Source: an uncultured Prochlorococcus sp. (GTDB lineage Bacteria; Cyanobacteriota; Cyanobacteriia; PCC-6307; Cyanobiaceae). Taken from it: DNA of 64,000 nt. Shown here one piece after another: positions 22,081-33,709 of the stretch. The notes beneath the pieces are model-generated. The model did no database searches and was not told where the DNA came from. It worked only from the letters and a program-made list of their open reading frames with translations. The DNA is taken from NCBI GenBank assembly GCA_902544495.1, contig CACCCI010000002.1, positions 10,311 through 74,310 of the forward strand, in the 5' to 3' direction. Position numbers and translations under genes: made by a program. The stretch's first letter is position 1. Every line of letters starts with the position of its first letter.

Positions 22081-22878
22081 ATGCAGAATCAAAAAAATTG
22101 CTATAAAAATGTTTGGATCCTATCAGGAACTTCGGATGGACCTGCAATAGCTAATAGGCTTCTTGAACTTAATTATTCAGTCTTTGCAAGTGTTTTAACT
22201 TATAAAGCAGGGCAAGCTTATATCGAAAATCCAAAGTTACATATCATTACGGGGAAATTAAATAATAAAGATCAAATAATTAATTTCATAAATAAAAATA
22301 AAATCGCATGCGTTGTCGATGCTACTCATCCGTTTGCCGTAATAATTTCTAAAAATCTTAATAATGCATGTAAAGAAATTAATACACCTCTTTTACTATT
22401 TGAGAGGAAATCTCTAAGTAATGACACTAATAATTTTTTATATATTGATCATTTAAAGGATATAAGTAATGTTGAGATAGAAAATAAGAATATTCTTCTT
22501 GCAATAGGATCAAGATTCCTTAACGATACAGCTAGTTATTATATGAATTGTAAAGCCAATGTATTTACAAGGGTACTTCCAACCCCTGAGAGTATTACAA
22601 AAGCTTTTGGATCATGTATCAAAAATTCAAACGTAGCGATACTTGAACCGAGTAAAAATAATAAAAGCATTTTAGAAAAAAAACTTTGTGATTTTTGGGA
22701 GATAGATTATGTGCTATGCAGAGAATCTGGAAGTTATTCTCAGAAAAACTGGGAGAGTATAGTTTCTGGAAGTAAGATGAAGTTATTTTTGGTTAAAAGG
22801 CCGAAAGTTAAAAATGATTATTCTTACTCTTTTGATCAATATCACAATTTGATAAATCACATAATTAAAAAATATTGA
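22081..22878 (+). CDS. cobK: Precorrin-6A/cobalt-precorrin-6A reductase
   Basis: SGTSDG, VDATHPFA, RVLP, RESG, VKRP. Confidence 0.9.
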   Translation: MQNQKNCYKNVWILSGTSDGPAIANRLLELNYSVFASVLTYKAGQAYIENPKLHIITGKLNNKDQIINFINKNKIACVVDATHPFAVIISKNLNNACKEINTPLLLFERKSLSNDTNNFLYIDHLKDISNVEIENKNILLAIGSRFLNDTASYYMNCKANVFTRVLPTPESITKAFGSCIKNSNVAILEPSKNNKSILEKKLCDFWEIDYVLCRESGSYSQKNWESIVSGSKMKLFLVKRPKVKNDYSYSFDQYHNLINHIIKKY

Positions 22879-22891
22879 TATTTAATTCATT

Positions 22892-23197
22892 ATGGAAGTA
22901 TTAGTTATGATCACAACTGAATCAAGTAACGCAAATGCTTTGAGAATGGCTAAATTACTAATACAAAATAAACTTGCAGCTTGTGTTTCAATAAAGCAAA
23001 TTTTTTCAATTTATAAGTGGGATGATGATATTGAAGAAACTAAAGAGTTTGAAATTACAATAAAAAGTAAACTAGAATTTAAAGATTGTTTAATTGATTT
23101 CGTAAATAAAAATTCCACATATGATGTCCCTCAAATTATTTACAAAAAATATCATGCTGAAATGCAATATTATGATTGGTTAAATAAGACTATTTGA
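22892..23197 (+). CDS. cutA: Divalent-cation tolerance protein CutA
   Basis: LAACV, SIYKW, YDVPQI, YYDW. Confidence 0.9.
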   Translation: MEVLVMITTESSNANALRMAKLLIQNKLAACVSIKQIFSIYKWDDDIEETKEFEITIKSKLEFKDCLIDFVNKNSTYDVPQIIYKKYHAEMQYYDWLNKTI

Positions 23198-23203
23198 TTA
23201 AAT

Positions 23204-24205
23204 CTATTTTATTAACTCTTTAAGATCAATATCTGTTCTAGATCCTAATTGCGTAATTATTTGCCCCGCACATATTGAAGCTATCTCTCCGCATTTTTTG
23301 AGGGAACAATTGTTTATTAGTCCATGGATAAATCCTCCTGCATAGATATCTCCCGCTCCTGTAGTATCAATAATCTTGCCTTTTGTTATTGACTCAATTA
23401 TTTCAACATTATTTTTGTTAATGATGAGAGAACCATTGCTCCCAAGAGTTACTATGACTAATTCACATAAGGAAGATAGGTCTTCTTGGCAGCTTGCTAA
23501 TTTATCATTTTTAAATAGACTTAACACCTCGGATTCATTACAAAAAACAATATCTATATATTCATAAATTAATTCCAAGAAACTCTCACGATGTCTATCT
23601 ACACAAAATGAATCAGACAAAGAAAGGATTATTTTTGTATTAGATTGTTTTGCAATTTGGGAGGCTTTAATAAAAGCTTTTTTAGCTAATTCGCTGTCCC
23701 ATAAATATCCTTCTAAATATAAGTATTTACTTTCCTTAATTACAGTAAAGTCAATGTCTTTTGGTTCAAACTCTACAGATGCTCCTAGGTAAGTGCACAT
23801 GGTTCTTTGTGCATCTGGTGTAACCAAAATGATTGAATGAGCTGTTGGAGCGCCTTCAATAGTAGGTGGAGTATTAAATATAGTTTTACTTTTTTTTATA
23901 TCGTCAGAAAAGAAATTCCCAAATTGATCATTTTTCACTCTTCCTATAAACTGCACATGATTGCCTAATTCTGCTAAAGAAACAACTGTATTTGCTGAGG
24001 ACCCACCTGAAATTTGTTTGATCACTTTGCAATTTTCTAACAATCTCTGAGATTCATCAGAATTAATTAGATTCATTGATCCTTTATCCAGATTATTTAT
24101 CTCAAGAAACTCATCTTCAATATTTACAATAATATCTACTATTGCGTTGCCCAGACCAATGAGATCGAATTTTTTATGTCCAAAATGTCTAAAGGATTCC
24201 TTCAT
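23204..24205 (-). CDS. PfkB family (adenosine kinase-like) kinase
   Basis: GGSSAN, QRTMCTYLGA, DTTGAGD. Confidence 0.9.
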   Translation of the reverse strand: MKESFRHFGHKKFDLIGLGNAIVDIIVNIEDEFLEINNLDKGSMNLINSDESQRLLENCKVIKQISGGSSANTVVSLAELGNHVQFIGRVKNDQFGNFFSDDIKKSKTIFNTPPTIEGAPTAHSIILVTPDAQRTMCTYLGASVEFEPKDIDFTVIKESKYLYLEGYLWDSELAKKAFIKASQIAKQSNTKIILSLSDSFCVDRHRESFLELIYEYIDIVFCNESEVLSLFKNDKLASCQEDLSSLCELVIVTLGSNGSLIINKNNVEIIESITKGKIIDTTGAGDIYAGGFIHGLINNCSLKKCGEIASICAGQIITQLGSRTDIDLKELIK

Positions 24206-24220
24206 TAATTTGGAACTAAC

Positions 24221-25585
<1,365 letters not shown>

Positions 25586-25612
25586 TTACTTTTAAAAAGT
25601 AAATGAATTGTA

Positions 25613-26050
25613 TCAACTTTCTCTTAGAACCATTTTTTCAGCAAGAGAAAATTCTTTGGTTAAACGCTCTTTAAGTTTATCTGGTAAGGGTCTACTTGCA
25701 AAGTTTTTGTAATGGCCTGCCATAGCATTTAATGCTGTTTGCATTGTGGTAAATGATTGAGTTTTATTCACCATCCCTCTATTTCTATATCTGGAAATAT
25801 AGTCTGTTATGAGTGTAAGAGCTTCAATTCTTACTTCATCTTTATTTGGAGAATCTTTTGGAGTATCAACAGCTGTTTGTAATGTTTTAACAACCGAAAT
25901 TGTATCTTTTGTATAGTCACCTGTCATAGCGGTTTTTGCAGCTATGGAAGGGGAACTAAATAGTGTAAACACAACAATTAAGGATATTGCAAAAGATATA
26001 GCTTTGGTAAGATTCTTAAAAAATAATTTTGATGTCCATTTCAGTAACAT
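25613..26050 (-). CDS. psb27: Photosystem II assembly protein Psb27 (start likely ATG 26050)
   Basis: MTGDY..DT, YISRYR, SFTTMQTALNAMAGHY. Confidence 0.93.
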   Translation of the reverse strand: MLLKWTSKLFFKNLTKAISFAISLIVVFTLFSSPSIAAKTAMTGDYTKDTISVVKTLQTAVDTPKDSPNKDEVRIEALTLITDYISRYRNRGMVNKTQSFTTMQTALNAMAGHYKNFASRPLPDKLKERLTKEFSLAEKMVLRES

Positions 26051-26076
26051 AACTAAGCTCCCAAAAAAAATAAGCC

Positions 26077-27879
26077 TCAAGACTTTTTATTGTACATTAT
26101 TTCAGATTCGGAAATAAATGTTTCTAACAATTTATCAGTACTAATTTTAAGCTTGGTATTGTTTGTTCTGCATAAAAGTTCTACTTCTTTATTAATAGAA
26201 TCTCTGCCAATAATTATCTGAAAAGGAATACCAATTAATTCAGCATCTTTAAATTTCACTCCAGCTCTATCGTTTCTATCATCAAGAAGGACATCAATTT
26301 TATTAATTAAAAAGTTGTTATAGATATGCTCAGTAAGATCACTTTGGATAGGATCTTTTAGGTTTGTTGGGATGATTATAACTTCAAAAGGAGAAATTTG
26401 GATAGGCCAACAAATGCCTTTTTGATCATGATTCTGTTCGATAGCGGCTTGAGCTATTCTTGTCACTCCTATTCCGTAACAACCCATCCATAAATTTTTT
26501 AGCTGACCGTCTTTATCAGAGAACTTTGCATTTAATTTTTCACTATATTTCTGACCTAGTTGGAAAATATGTCCAATCTCGATACCTTTTTTTTCTTTAA
26601 GTTTTTCATTATCATAGATACTTATTTTATCTCCTTTTTTAGCATTCCTGATATCCCCAATTTGATAGTCTTTCGAATCAAAAGAAAATTCTTGAAAAAC
26701 TTTATGGAAATTAACTTTATTCCCACCACTTATAAACTTTGAAAGGTCACTTGCAGAATAGTCAATTATTCTTGTCCATTTTTTTTCCCAATTAGAACTA
26801 GCTTTAATAGTTTTATTATCTAAATCTGGCCCGATAAAACCAAAGGGTAAATTAACCAGATTTATTTCGATAGTATTTTTGTCTTCAATCTTTTTAAGAT
26901 TAAGGAGATTGAAGTGATGAAGTTTATTGATTAAGTTAAAAAGCTTTACTTCATTAATATGTTGATCGCCTCTTATGCATGCAAGAATTGGGACATTAAA
27001 ATCACCTTCGAACTGTGCAAGAAATATTACTACCTTAATAATCTGACTTGGGTCTAAATTGTTATTATCGCAAACTTCTAGGATTGTTTTTTGATGAGGC
27101 GTTTCCAACCACTCTGGAATATTATCTTTTAGTGGAATAGGTTGAGAGGGTAGAGAAACAGCTTTTTCAATATTGGCAGCATAAGAACCACTTTGAGTGA
27201 ACAAAATGGAATCTTCCCCAGCATCAGCAGTGACCATAAATTCTTTAGATGAAGCACCGCCAATTGCTCCACTATCAGCTTCAACCCCTACTGTCTGTAG
27301 GCCGCAAGATTTAAAAATATTTTCATAAGCATTGCCCACCTTTTCATAGAAAGAAGCTAGATCTTTTTCTGAAGAATGAAAAGAATAGCCATCTTTCATT
27401 ATGAATTCTCTACTTCTCATCAATCCAAACCTTGGCCTTATTTCATCTCTAAATTTTGTTTGAATTTGGTAAAAACATTGAGGTAATTGCTTATAGGAAT
27501 TGATGGTCTCTGATGCAATACTCGTGATCACCTCTTCGTGAGTTGGTGCTAAACCAAATTCCTTACCTTGTCTATCTTTGAGATTAAACATTATTCCTTC
27601 ACCTGCCGTATATCCTTCCCACCTTTCACTTTTTTTCCATAAATCTGCAGGATGAAGTTGTGGCAATAGTAATTTTGTACAACCAATACTATTAAGTTCT
27701 TTTTCTATTATTGCTGATATTTTTTCAATAACTCTAAGCATTAGTGGCATGTATGCATAAATACCGCTGTTAACTCTGCGAATATACCCAGCTTTTAAGA
27801 GTAATTGATGTGAAATAATCTCAGCTTCAGAAGGTGTGTCACGAAGTGTCCCCAGAGGAAATGAGGTTGTCACGCGCAT
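26077..27879 (-). CDS. proS: Proline--tRNA ligase
   Basis: PTHEE, KFRDEIRPRFGLMRSREF, GCYGIG, editing insertion. Confidence 0.97.
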   Translation of the reverse strand: MRVTTSFPLGTLRDTPSEAEIISHQLLLKAGYIRRVNSGIYAYMPLMLRVIEKISAIIEKELNSIGCTKLLLPQLHPADLWKKSERWEGYTAGEGIMFNLKDRQGKEFGLAPTHEEVITSIASETINSYKQLPQCFYQIQTKFRDEIRPRFGLMRSREFIMKDGYSFHSSEKDLASFYEKVGNAYENIFKSCGLQTVGVEADSGAIGGASSKEFMVTADAGEDSILFTQSGSYAANIEKAVSLPSQPIPLKDNIPEWLETPHQKTILEVCDNNNLDPSQIIKVVIFLAQFEGDFNVPILACIRGDQHINEVKLFNLINKLHHFNLLNLKKIEDKNTIEINLVNLPFGFIGPDLDNKTIKASSNWEKKWTRIIDYSASDLSKFISGGNKVNFHKVFQEFSFDSKDYQIGDIRNAKKGDKISIYDNEKLKEKKGIEIGHIFQLGQKYSEKLNAKFSDKDGQLKNLWMGCYGIGVTRIAQAAIEQNHDQKGICWPIQISPFEVIIIPTNLKDPIQSDLTEHIYNNFLINKIDVLLDDRNDRAGVKFKDAELIGIPFQIIIGRDSINKEVELLCRTNNTKLKISTDKLLETFISESEIMYNKKS

Positions 27880-28053
27880 ACAGAAAAGTCCTTAATAATA
27901 CTTAATTTTATCAATTAAGATGAAAAAGTAATTTAAAGTGTCTTGAGTCCCTCAACGCGGCTAGTCTAAGAATATTCTTTCTGCTAACTTCTTTTGTAAT
28001 GAAGTTTAAACTTTTTAAAAAATTCATTACTACTTAATCTTTTTCTTAAGTTC

Positions 28054-28404
28054 ATGATAAATATAGATTCCAATATTTCTAGTGAAGAGGAATTAGTTGG
28101 TATTGATGAAGTTCAAAAATTCCTAAATAGATCAAGAGCTTCTGTCTATAGGTATACAAATACAGATTTAAGAAATCTAAACCCTAGTTTTAATCCAAGA
28201 AAATTAAATCCTGAATTTAGGACTGATCAAAAAGATCCTTTAAAATTCCATCCTAATGAAGTAGCAAGATTTGCAAAAGATATTTTAAGAATAAAGGAAG
28301 TTACTGTCGAGGTCTTTAATACACCTTCATCCGCTGCTCAAAATATACTGGCGCAAATATTAGACGAACTAAAATCTATTAGGTCTTTGCTAGAAAAAGA
28401 GTAA
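28054..28404 (+). CDS. Small putative DNA-binding protein (AlpA/Xis-like HTH)
   Basis: VGIDEVQKFLNRSRASVYRY resembles an AlpA/Xis HTH; C-terminal amphipathic helix. Confidence 0.6.
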   Translation: MINIDSNISSEEELVGIDEVQKFLNRSRASVYRYTNTDLRNLNPSFNPRKLNPEFRTDQKDPLKFHPNEVARFAKDILRIKEVTVEVFNTPSSAAQNILAQILDELKSIRSLLEKE

Positions 28405-28501
28405 TTAAAGAAATCACAAATCAATGTTTTGATTTATTGACATTTTGAATGTAGGATAATGATGTTTAATTATCTCCTTAATATTTACCAATTAAGAGTT
28501 C

Positions 28502-28756
28502 TTGAGTTACACGAAATCAAAGCAGTTTATTCAAAGTAAATCAAGCGAAGAATCTTCTCATGGTTCTGATCGAAATGATTTTGAAAGAGATGATGATGAC
28601 CCTTTAAGTATAAGGAGTTTTTCTATAACATCTTTAGGTATTATTTTTGCCTTTTTGACAATTTTTTTACCTTCAATAAGCATTTTAATTGGCAGACCTT
28701 TATCTCAAGGAAACGAGATAATTCATAATCACGATTTTAAAAAAGATGGACCTTAG
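28502..28756 (+). CDS. Hypothetical single-TM protein
   Basis: One hydrophobic helix; overlaps the next start codon. Confidence 0.55.
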   Translation: MSYTKSKQFIQSKSSEESSHGSDRNDFERDDDDPLSIRSFSITSLGIIFAFLTIFLPSISILIGRPLSQGNEIIHNHDFKKDGP

Positions 28757-29300
28757 TTCAATACCTCCATCTCCAATGAAGGGAATAGTGAATATTATTG
28801 TTGAAATACCTGCAGGGAGTAGGAATAAATATGAATATTGCTCTGACGCAGGAATAATGGCCCTAGACAGAGTATTACATTCTTCAGTGAGGTACCCTTT
28901 TGATTATGGTTTTATCCCAAATACCCTTGCTGATGATGGAGCTCCTCTTGATGCAATGGTGATAATGGACGAGCCTACTTTTGCGGGTTGTCTAATAAAA
29001 GCTAGACCTATTGGAGTTTTGGATATGCATGATTGTGGTGCGTATGATGGAAAACTGTTATGCGTGCCTATGGCTAATCCTAGGCAGGCTAATATAGTAA
29101 GTATTAATCAAATTGCTCCTAATCAGCTTGAGGATGTTGCAGAATTTTTTAGAACAAGTAAAGGACTCGATGGAAGAACAGTTCAAATTGATGGTTGGAG
29201 GGATTTTGATGTAGTTGAAAATTTATTGAAAAGTTGTATGCCTCCAAAAAAGAAAAACTTTAAAGTACTTAAGAAATCAAATATTAGTAAATTAAATTGA
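28746..29300 (+). CDS. ppa: Family I inorganic pyrophosphatase paralogue with degenerate active site
   Basis: VEIPAGSRNKYE, LDRVL, YPFDYG present, but DGAPLD and FFRTSK. Confidence 0.85.
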   Translation: MDLSSIPPSPMKGIVNIIVEIPAGSRNKYEYCSDAGIMALDRVLHSSVRYPFDYGFIPNTLADDGAPLDAMVIMDEPTFAGCLIKARPIGVLDMHDCGAYDGKLLCVPMANPRQANIVSINQIAPNQLEDVAEFFRTSKGLDGRTVQIDGWRDFDVVENLLKSCMPPKKKNFKVLKKSNISKLN

Positions 29301-29653
29301 AAAAAATTATTTTTTATAGTTATTTAAAATGCTCTACATGCCGAAAAGCTGCAAAGTGGCTTGAAAGTAAAGATTTTGAATTTCAGTTAATTGATATTGT
29401 AAAAGAACCTCCACTTGTTAATTATTTAAATCTTGTCTTAGAACAATACTCCGATGATAAGAAAAGGATTTTTAATACAAGAGGTAAAGCCTTTAAAACT
29501 CTTAATCTTGATATTGATAGTTTGTCAAAGGAAGAAATTATTCAACTTCTTTTAAGTGATGGCAAATTAATAAAAAGACCATTTTTGATTTACGAAGGGA
29601 AAAAAGTAATATTAGGTTTTAACGAATTTGAATATGCAAAACAATTTATATAA
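29297..29653 (+). CDS. ArsC/Spx/MgsR family protein
   Basis: CSTCRKA, FNTRG, LIKRP, GF. Confidence 0.9.
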   Translation: MKKIIFYSYLKCSTCRKAAKWLESKDFEFQLIDIVKEPPLVNYLNLVLEQYSDDKKRIFNTRGKAFKTLNLDIDSLSKEEIIQLLLSDGKLIKRPFLIYEGKKVILGFNEFEYAKQFI

Positions 29654-29682
29654 GTTTAGAAAATCAAGACTTTATTAATCCT

Positions 29683-30342
29683 ATGCCTGGTTCCATAAAA
29701 ATTTTTTTAAAAGAATGGGGTCTACTAATTCTATTAACTTTTTTTGTTTCTTCTTGTAGATCATTTTTTGCAGAACCACGTTATATTCCCTCCGGTTCAA
29801 TGCTCCCAGAATTACAAATAAATGATAGGTTAATTATTGAAAAATTTTCGCTAAGAAACTCTTTACCAAAAAGAGGAGATATTGTTGTTTTTAACTCACC
29901 CTACTCGTTTGACAAAAAATTAATCTCATCAAGATCTAAGCCTTTACCAAAAAAAAGATATTGTTTTTTTATGAGTTTACCTCCAATGTCGTTTATTCCT
30001 GGTTTGAGGGATCAAGCTTGCGATGCTTATATTAAAAGAGTGGTGGCACTTCCAGGAGAAATTGTAAGTGTAAACTCTAATGGTGAATTAATAATAAATA
30101 ATAAATTAATTCCAGAACCCTATGTCTCTTATAAGTGCTCATTATCCCTATTTAATAATTGTGGAAAATTTGAAAACATAAAAGTGCCAGAAGATCATTT
30201 TTTAGTTTTAGGTGATAATAGGGCAAATAGCTGGGATGGAAGATATTGGCCTGGAAGTAAATTTCTTCATAAAAAAGAGATAATTGGTAAAGCATATTTC
30301 AGATTTTGGCCTCTCAGTCAAGTTGGCTTTTTCAGTAAATGA
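29683..30342 (+). CDS. lepB: Signal peptidase I
   Basis: IPSGSMLP, YIKRV, GDNRANSWDGRYW. Confidence 0.93.
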   Translation: MPGSIKIFLKEWGLLILLTFFVSSCRSFFAEPRYIPSGSMLPELQINDRLIIEKFSLRNSLPKRGDIVVFNSPYSFDKKLISSRSKPLPKKRYCFFMSLPPMSFIPGLRDQACDAYIKRVVALPGEIVSVNSNGELIINNKLIPEPYVSYKCSLSLFNNCGKFENIKVPEDHFLVLGDNRANSWDGRYWPGSKFLHKKEIIGKAYFRFWPLSQVGFFSK

Positions 30343-30388
30343 AGCCTTTTTCTAACTTAATCAAAATAAGTTTTTAACAAGGCTTAAT

Positions 30389-31717
30389 TTAAAGTGCTCC
30401 TGAAGCAGTTGAATCAAATATCCCCCCCAGGTGTGTTGTAATGTTAAGTGCGCTAATCACAGGGGGCTTATTGGGATCATTAAAAAGATCAATTATAGTT
30501 ATGCCGCCATTACCCTGTTTTATCATCCAAATATTTGAATAATTAATCCCAAGGATATTACAAATAAGAGTTTTATTGACTGCATCATGCGCAACCATGA
30601 GGGTTTGATCATTATCCTTTTGAGATAAACAAATTTTGTCAAAAGCTTCTACTGACCTTTCTGATACATCTTTTATACATTCACCTTCGGGCATTATTAC
30701 TTCTTCAGGTTTATCATGCCAATTTTTTAGTAAAGCAGGCCACTCTTCTCTAATTTCTGCTTCCAATTTACCCTCCCATAATCCGTGACTGATTTCTACG
30801 AGTGAATCTATTTTCTCAATTTTTAAATCTTTGTTATTTTGAAGGATTATTTGTGCAGTCTCATAAGGCCTATGCATTGAACTTGAAAATGCCTTATTGA
30901 AAGAAATATTTCTCAAATATTCAAAAGTCTTTCTAGCTTGATCTTTTCCGTTTTCATTTAAAGGGATATCAATTTGGCCTTGAAATCTACCTTCTTTGTT
31001 CCAGTTAGTTTCACCATGCCTTATAAGAAATATTCTAGAATCTCCAATTTTATTTGGAATATTTTTATTAAGGTGGGAAGTTTGATTTAAGCATTCAATT
31101 TGAGTCTTAAAAGAGTTATCTTTCTTTGAAATATTGAGTATCGAGAAAGACGCATTTTCTAATCTTATTTTTCTAAAACCTTGCTTAGGCTTTCCTAATA
31201 GCAAGAGTATTAAACATCTGAGAATTGCATTATGTCCAACAACTAAAATATTTACATCATCTTTGTCTAGATAAATTTTTAAAATATCTTCTACAAAATT
31301 TGTTGCTTGAAAAAATAACTCTTGAATTGGTTTATAAGTTTTATTATCATTTCTTTTTAAGATAAGATTTTCTGGATCATTTTTCCATATAGGGTAAATT
31401 TCTGGAAATTTCTTTTTTATTTCATCAATTTTTAGACCAGACCATTCACTAAGATCTACCTCTAGTAAATTATCATCGAATACAATATTTTGTTCTTTAT
31501 TGAAGGTCTTTTTAATTGTTTTTGCAGTCTCTGCCGCTCTGACAAGTGGTGAGGAATAGATTTTTTCGAAGTTTATTTTTGATAATGCTTTTCCTGCTTT
31601 TTGGGCTTGCTCATATCCTTCATTAGTTAATAATGAATCGTCTGTTCTTCCTTGAATTAATCCTTTTGCATTGAAACTGCTTAGTCCATGCCTAACTAAA
31701 ACTAATCGTATAGCCAT
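30389..31717 (-). CDS. Histidine phosphatase family protein with two tandem domains
   Basis: LVRHG and LIRHGET motifs, one in each half. Confidence 0.9.
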   Translation of the reverse strand: MAIRLVLVRHGLSSFNAKGLIQGRTDDSLLTNEGYEQAQKAGKALSKINFEKIYSSPLVRAAETAKTIKKTFNKEQNIVFDDNLLEVDLSEWSGLKIDEIKKKFPEIYPIWKNDPENLILKRNDNKTYKPIQELFFQATNFVEDILKIYLDKDDVNILVVGHNAILRCLILLLLGKPKQGFRKIRLENASFSILNISKKDNSFKTQIECLNQTSHLNKNIPNKIGDSRIFLIRHGETNWNKEGRFQGQIDIPLNENGKDQARKTFEYLRNISFNKAFSSSMHRPYETAQIILQNNKDLKIEKIDSLVEISHGLWEGKLEAEIREEWPALLKNWHDKPEEVIMPEGECIKDVSERSVEAFDKICLSQKDNDQTLMVAHDAVNKTLICNILGINYSNIWMIKQGNGGITIIDLFNDPNKPPVISALNITTHLGGIFDSTASGAL

Positions 31718-31833
31718 TATATAAATTTGAAAATTAAGATAATTTAATCATCTCATGGAGTGATTAAAATAGATACATAAATATAAGGAAATTCAATGAT
31801 AACTAACTTTAGTTTTCAAGAATATAATAAGTT

Positions 31834-33195
31834 ATGATCTTTAAAAATACTTCTAAGTCAAAACTCACTTTAGCTTTTATTTCTATCGTCATAACTTTTT
31901 TTGTATGGCAACAAGGATTAAGAGACAGTTTAAATAGACCATCTGTTGCATTTGATATAAGTCAAAAAGAGCAAGAAATTGCTGAATTATCTGTCCAATC
32001 AATACCTGTAAATCTTAAAAAATTTTTTATCATTAATGATCCTGTTGATCAAATAAATAAATCACTCTCTGATGTCTCATTTGAAGAGCTAACAGAAAGA
32101 AATAAATTAATTCGAATAATTACTTCAGAATCCAATGATACTTTATTTTATAAAAATTTATCCAAAGATTTTGAAGATAAAAACTATAAATTTCTGATTG
32201 ATGAGATAGAAAAAAAATCTAATAATAATTCATATAAAGCAAATTCTGAAAAATTTGATTTAATTAAAGGTGATAGATTTTTATATCACCTTTTAAGCCG
32301 GAAATTTGATTTTGACGATAGTGCATTAATAACAAAATCATTTTCAAGCAAAATGTTTTTTAAAATATTGGCCATAAGATTAATACCACTTTTAACAATA
32401 TTTATTGGCTCTATTTTGGCTTTAAAAATATTATGGACAACTATATCTTTGAAAAAGTTTGGTTGGAAAGAAATTATATCCTTAGATTTAGAATTAATTG
32501 ATATGGTTTTATTAATTGCAGGTGGATTTGTTGTTTTAGGAGAAGTAGTATCACCTTTATTTTCTATCAGTTTGGTCGAACTTTTTTCTAAAAATATCTC
32601 TAATGAATTGTCTCAATCTTTAAAAATTTTCTTTGGATATCTTTTTATGGCTATTCCTCCATTATGGATAGTTTTTTATCAAATTAAATCCTTGAATGGT
32701 GAATTTACTTTTAAAAAGGATTATTTACAGTTCAATTTCTTGCCAATAAAATATGCAATTATTCAGGGAATTAAAGGTTGGTTAACAATTGTTCCTTTTG
32801 TTTTATTGATCTCTCTTATTATGAATAGTTTGATCGATAATCAGAATGGTAGTAACCCTTTGCTGGAAATTGTTCTTAATAATGATAATTACTTATCATT
32901 TTTTATATTATTTGTAACAACAACTCTATTAGCTCCTCTATTTGAAGAGATTATATTTCGAGGTATTTTACTGCCAACTCTTTCAAGAGATTTTGGAGTA
33001 ATTTCGGGCATCATAGTTTCAGCTTTTATCTTTGCATTAGCCCATTTAAGTTTGGGAGAAATGCCACCATTATTTGTTCTAGGGATTGGATTAGCAATTA
33101 CAAGAATTGCTTCAGGGAGTTTGTTTTCCTCAGTAATTATGCATTCTTTATGGAATGGATTGACTTTCTTAAATTTGTTTTTATTGAGGACATAA
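31834..33195 (+). CDS. CPBP/CAAX (Abi) intramembrane protease
   Basis: APLFEEIIFRG, FALAH, HSLWN. Confidence 0.9.
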   Translation: MIFKNTSKSKLTLAFISIVITFFVWQQGLRDSLNRPSVAFDISQKEQEIAELSVQSIPVNLKKFFIINDPVDQINKSLSDVSFEELTERNKLIRIITSESNDTLFYKNLSKDFEDKNYKFLIDEIEKKSNNNSYKANSEKFDLIKGDRFLYHLLSRKFDFDDSALITKSFSSKMFFKILAIRLIPLLTIFIGSILALKILWTTISLKKFGWKEIISLDLELIDMVLLIAGGFVVLGEVVSPLFSISLVELFSKNISNELSQSLKIFFGYLFMAIPPLWIVFYQIKSLNGEFTFKKDYLQFNFLPIKYAIIQGIKGWLTIVPFVLLISLIMNSLIDNQNGSNPLLEIVLNNDNYLSFFILFVTTTLLAPLFEEIIFRGILLPTLSRDFGVISGIIVSAFIFALAHLSLGEMPPLFVLGIGLAITRIASGSLFSSVIMHSLWNGLTFLNLFLLRT

Positions 33196-33280
33196 AGAAT
33201 TTATTTTTTCACTTGCGAATCAAACAAAAAGATGTTTATTTAATTTATAACACTTCTTTTATTTAAATAATAATTCTTAG

Positions 33281-33709
33281 ATGAAACCTTATGGGAATAA
33301 ACTTAATTTAAAAAAAAAAGTTTCATATGTAATTAGAAAAAATTCTGAAAAAATATCCATAATTAATATCAGATTAATACATCAAATTTTCGACACCATT
33401 AATATCTCTCTTTTGGCATTAATTTTCACCTTATTTTCCTTGTCTTTTGATAGTCAAAGAAAATGGTCTAATACATATAAAAACTTATCTAAAACAAGAG
33501 CTATTAATAATAATCTCATTGATTATATTTCTAAAATTGAGGAATTTTATATTAGTGAACTTGAGTCTATTAATACTTATAGAAAAACTAAACCTGCAGA
33601 TTTAATCTATTTAGATAAACTTCAAGAAAAAAAAGAAAGTTTACTCAAGAAAAATTTAAGTAGTTTCATTGAAGGTTTTAGTGATAGCAAATATCAAAGG
33701 GGATATTGA
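33281..33709 (+). CDS. Hypothetical bitopic membrane protein upstream of ftsI (FtsL-like architecture)
   Basis: One TM helix then coiled-coil-like segment; stop overlaps the ftsI start. Confidence 0.6.
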   Translation: MKPYGNKLNLKKKVSYVIRKNSEKISIINIRLIHQIFDTINISLLALIFTLFSLSFDSQRKWSNTYKNLSKTRAINNNLIDYISKIEEFYISELESINTYRKTKPADLIYLDKLQEKKESLLKKNLSSFIEGFSDSKYQRGY

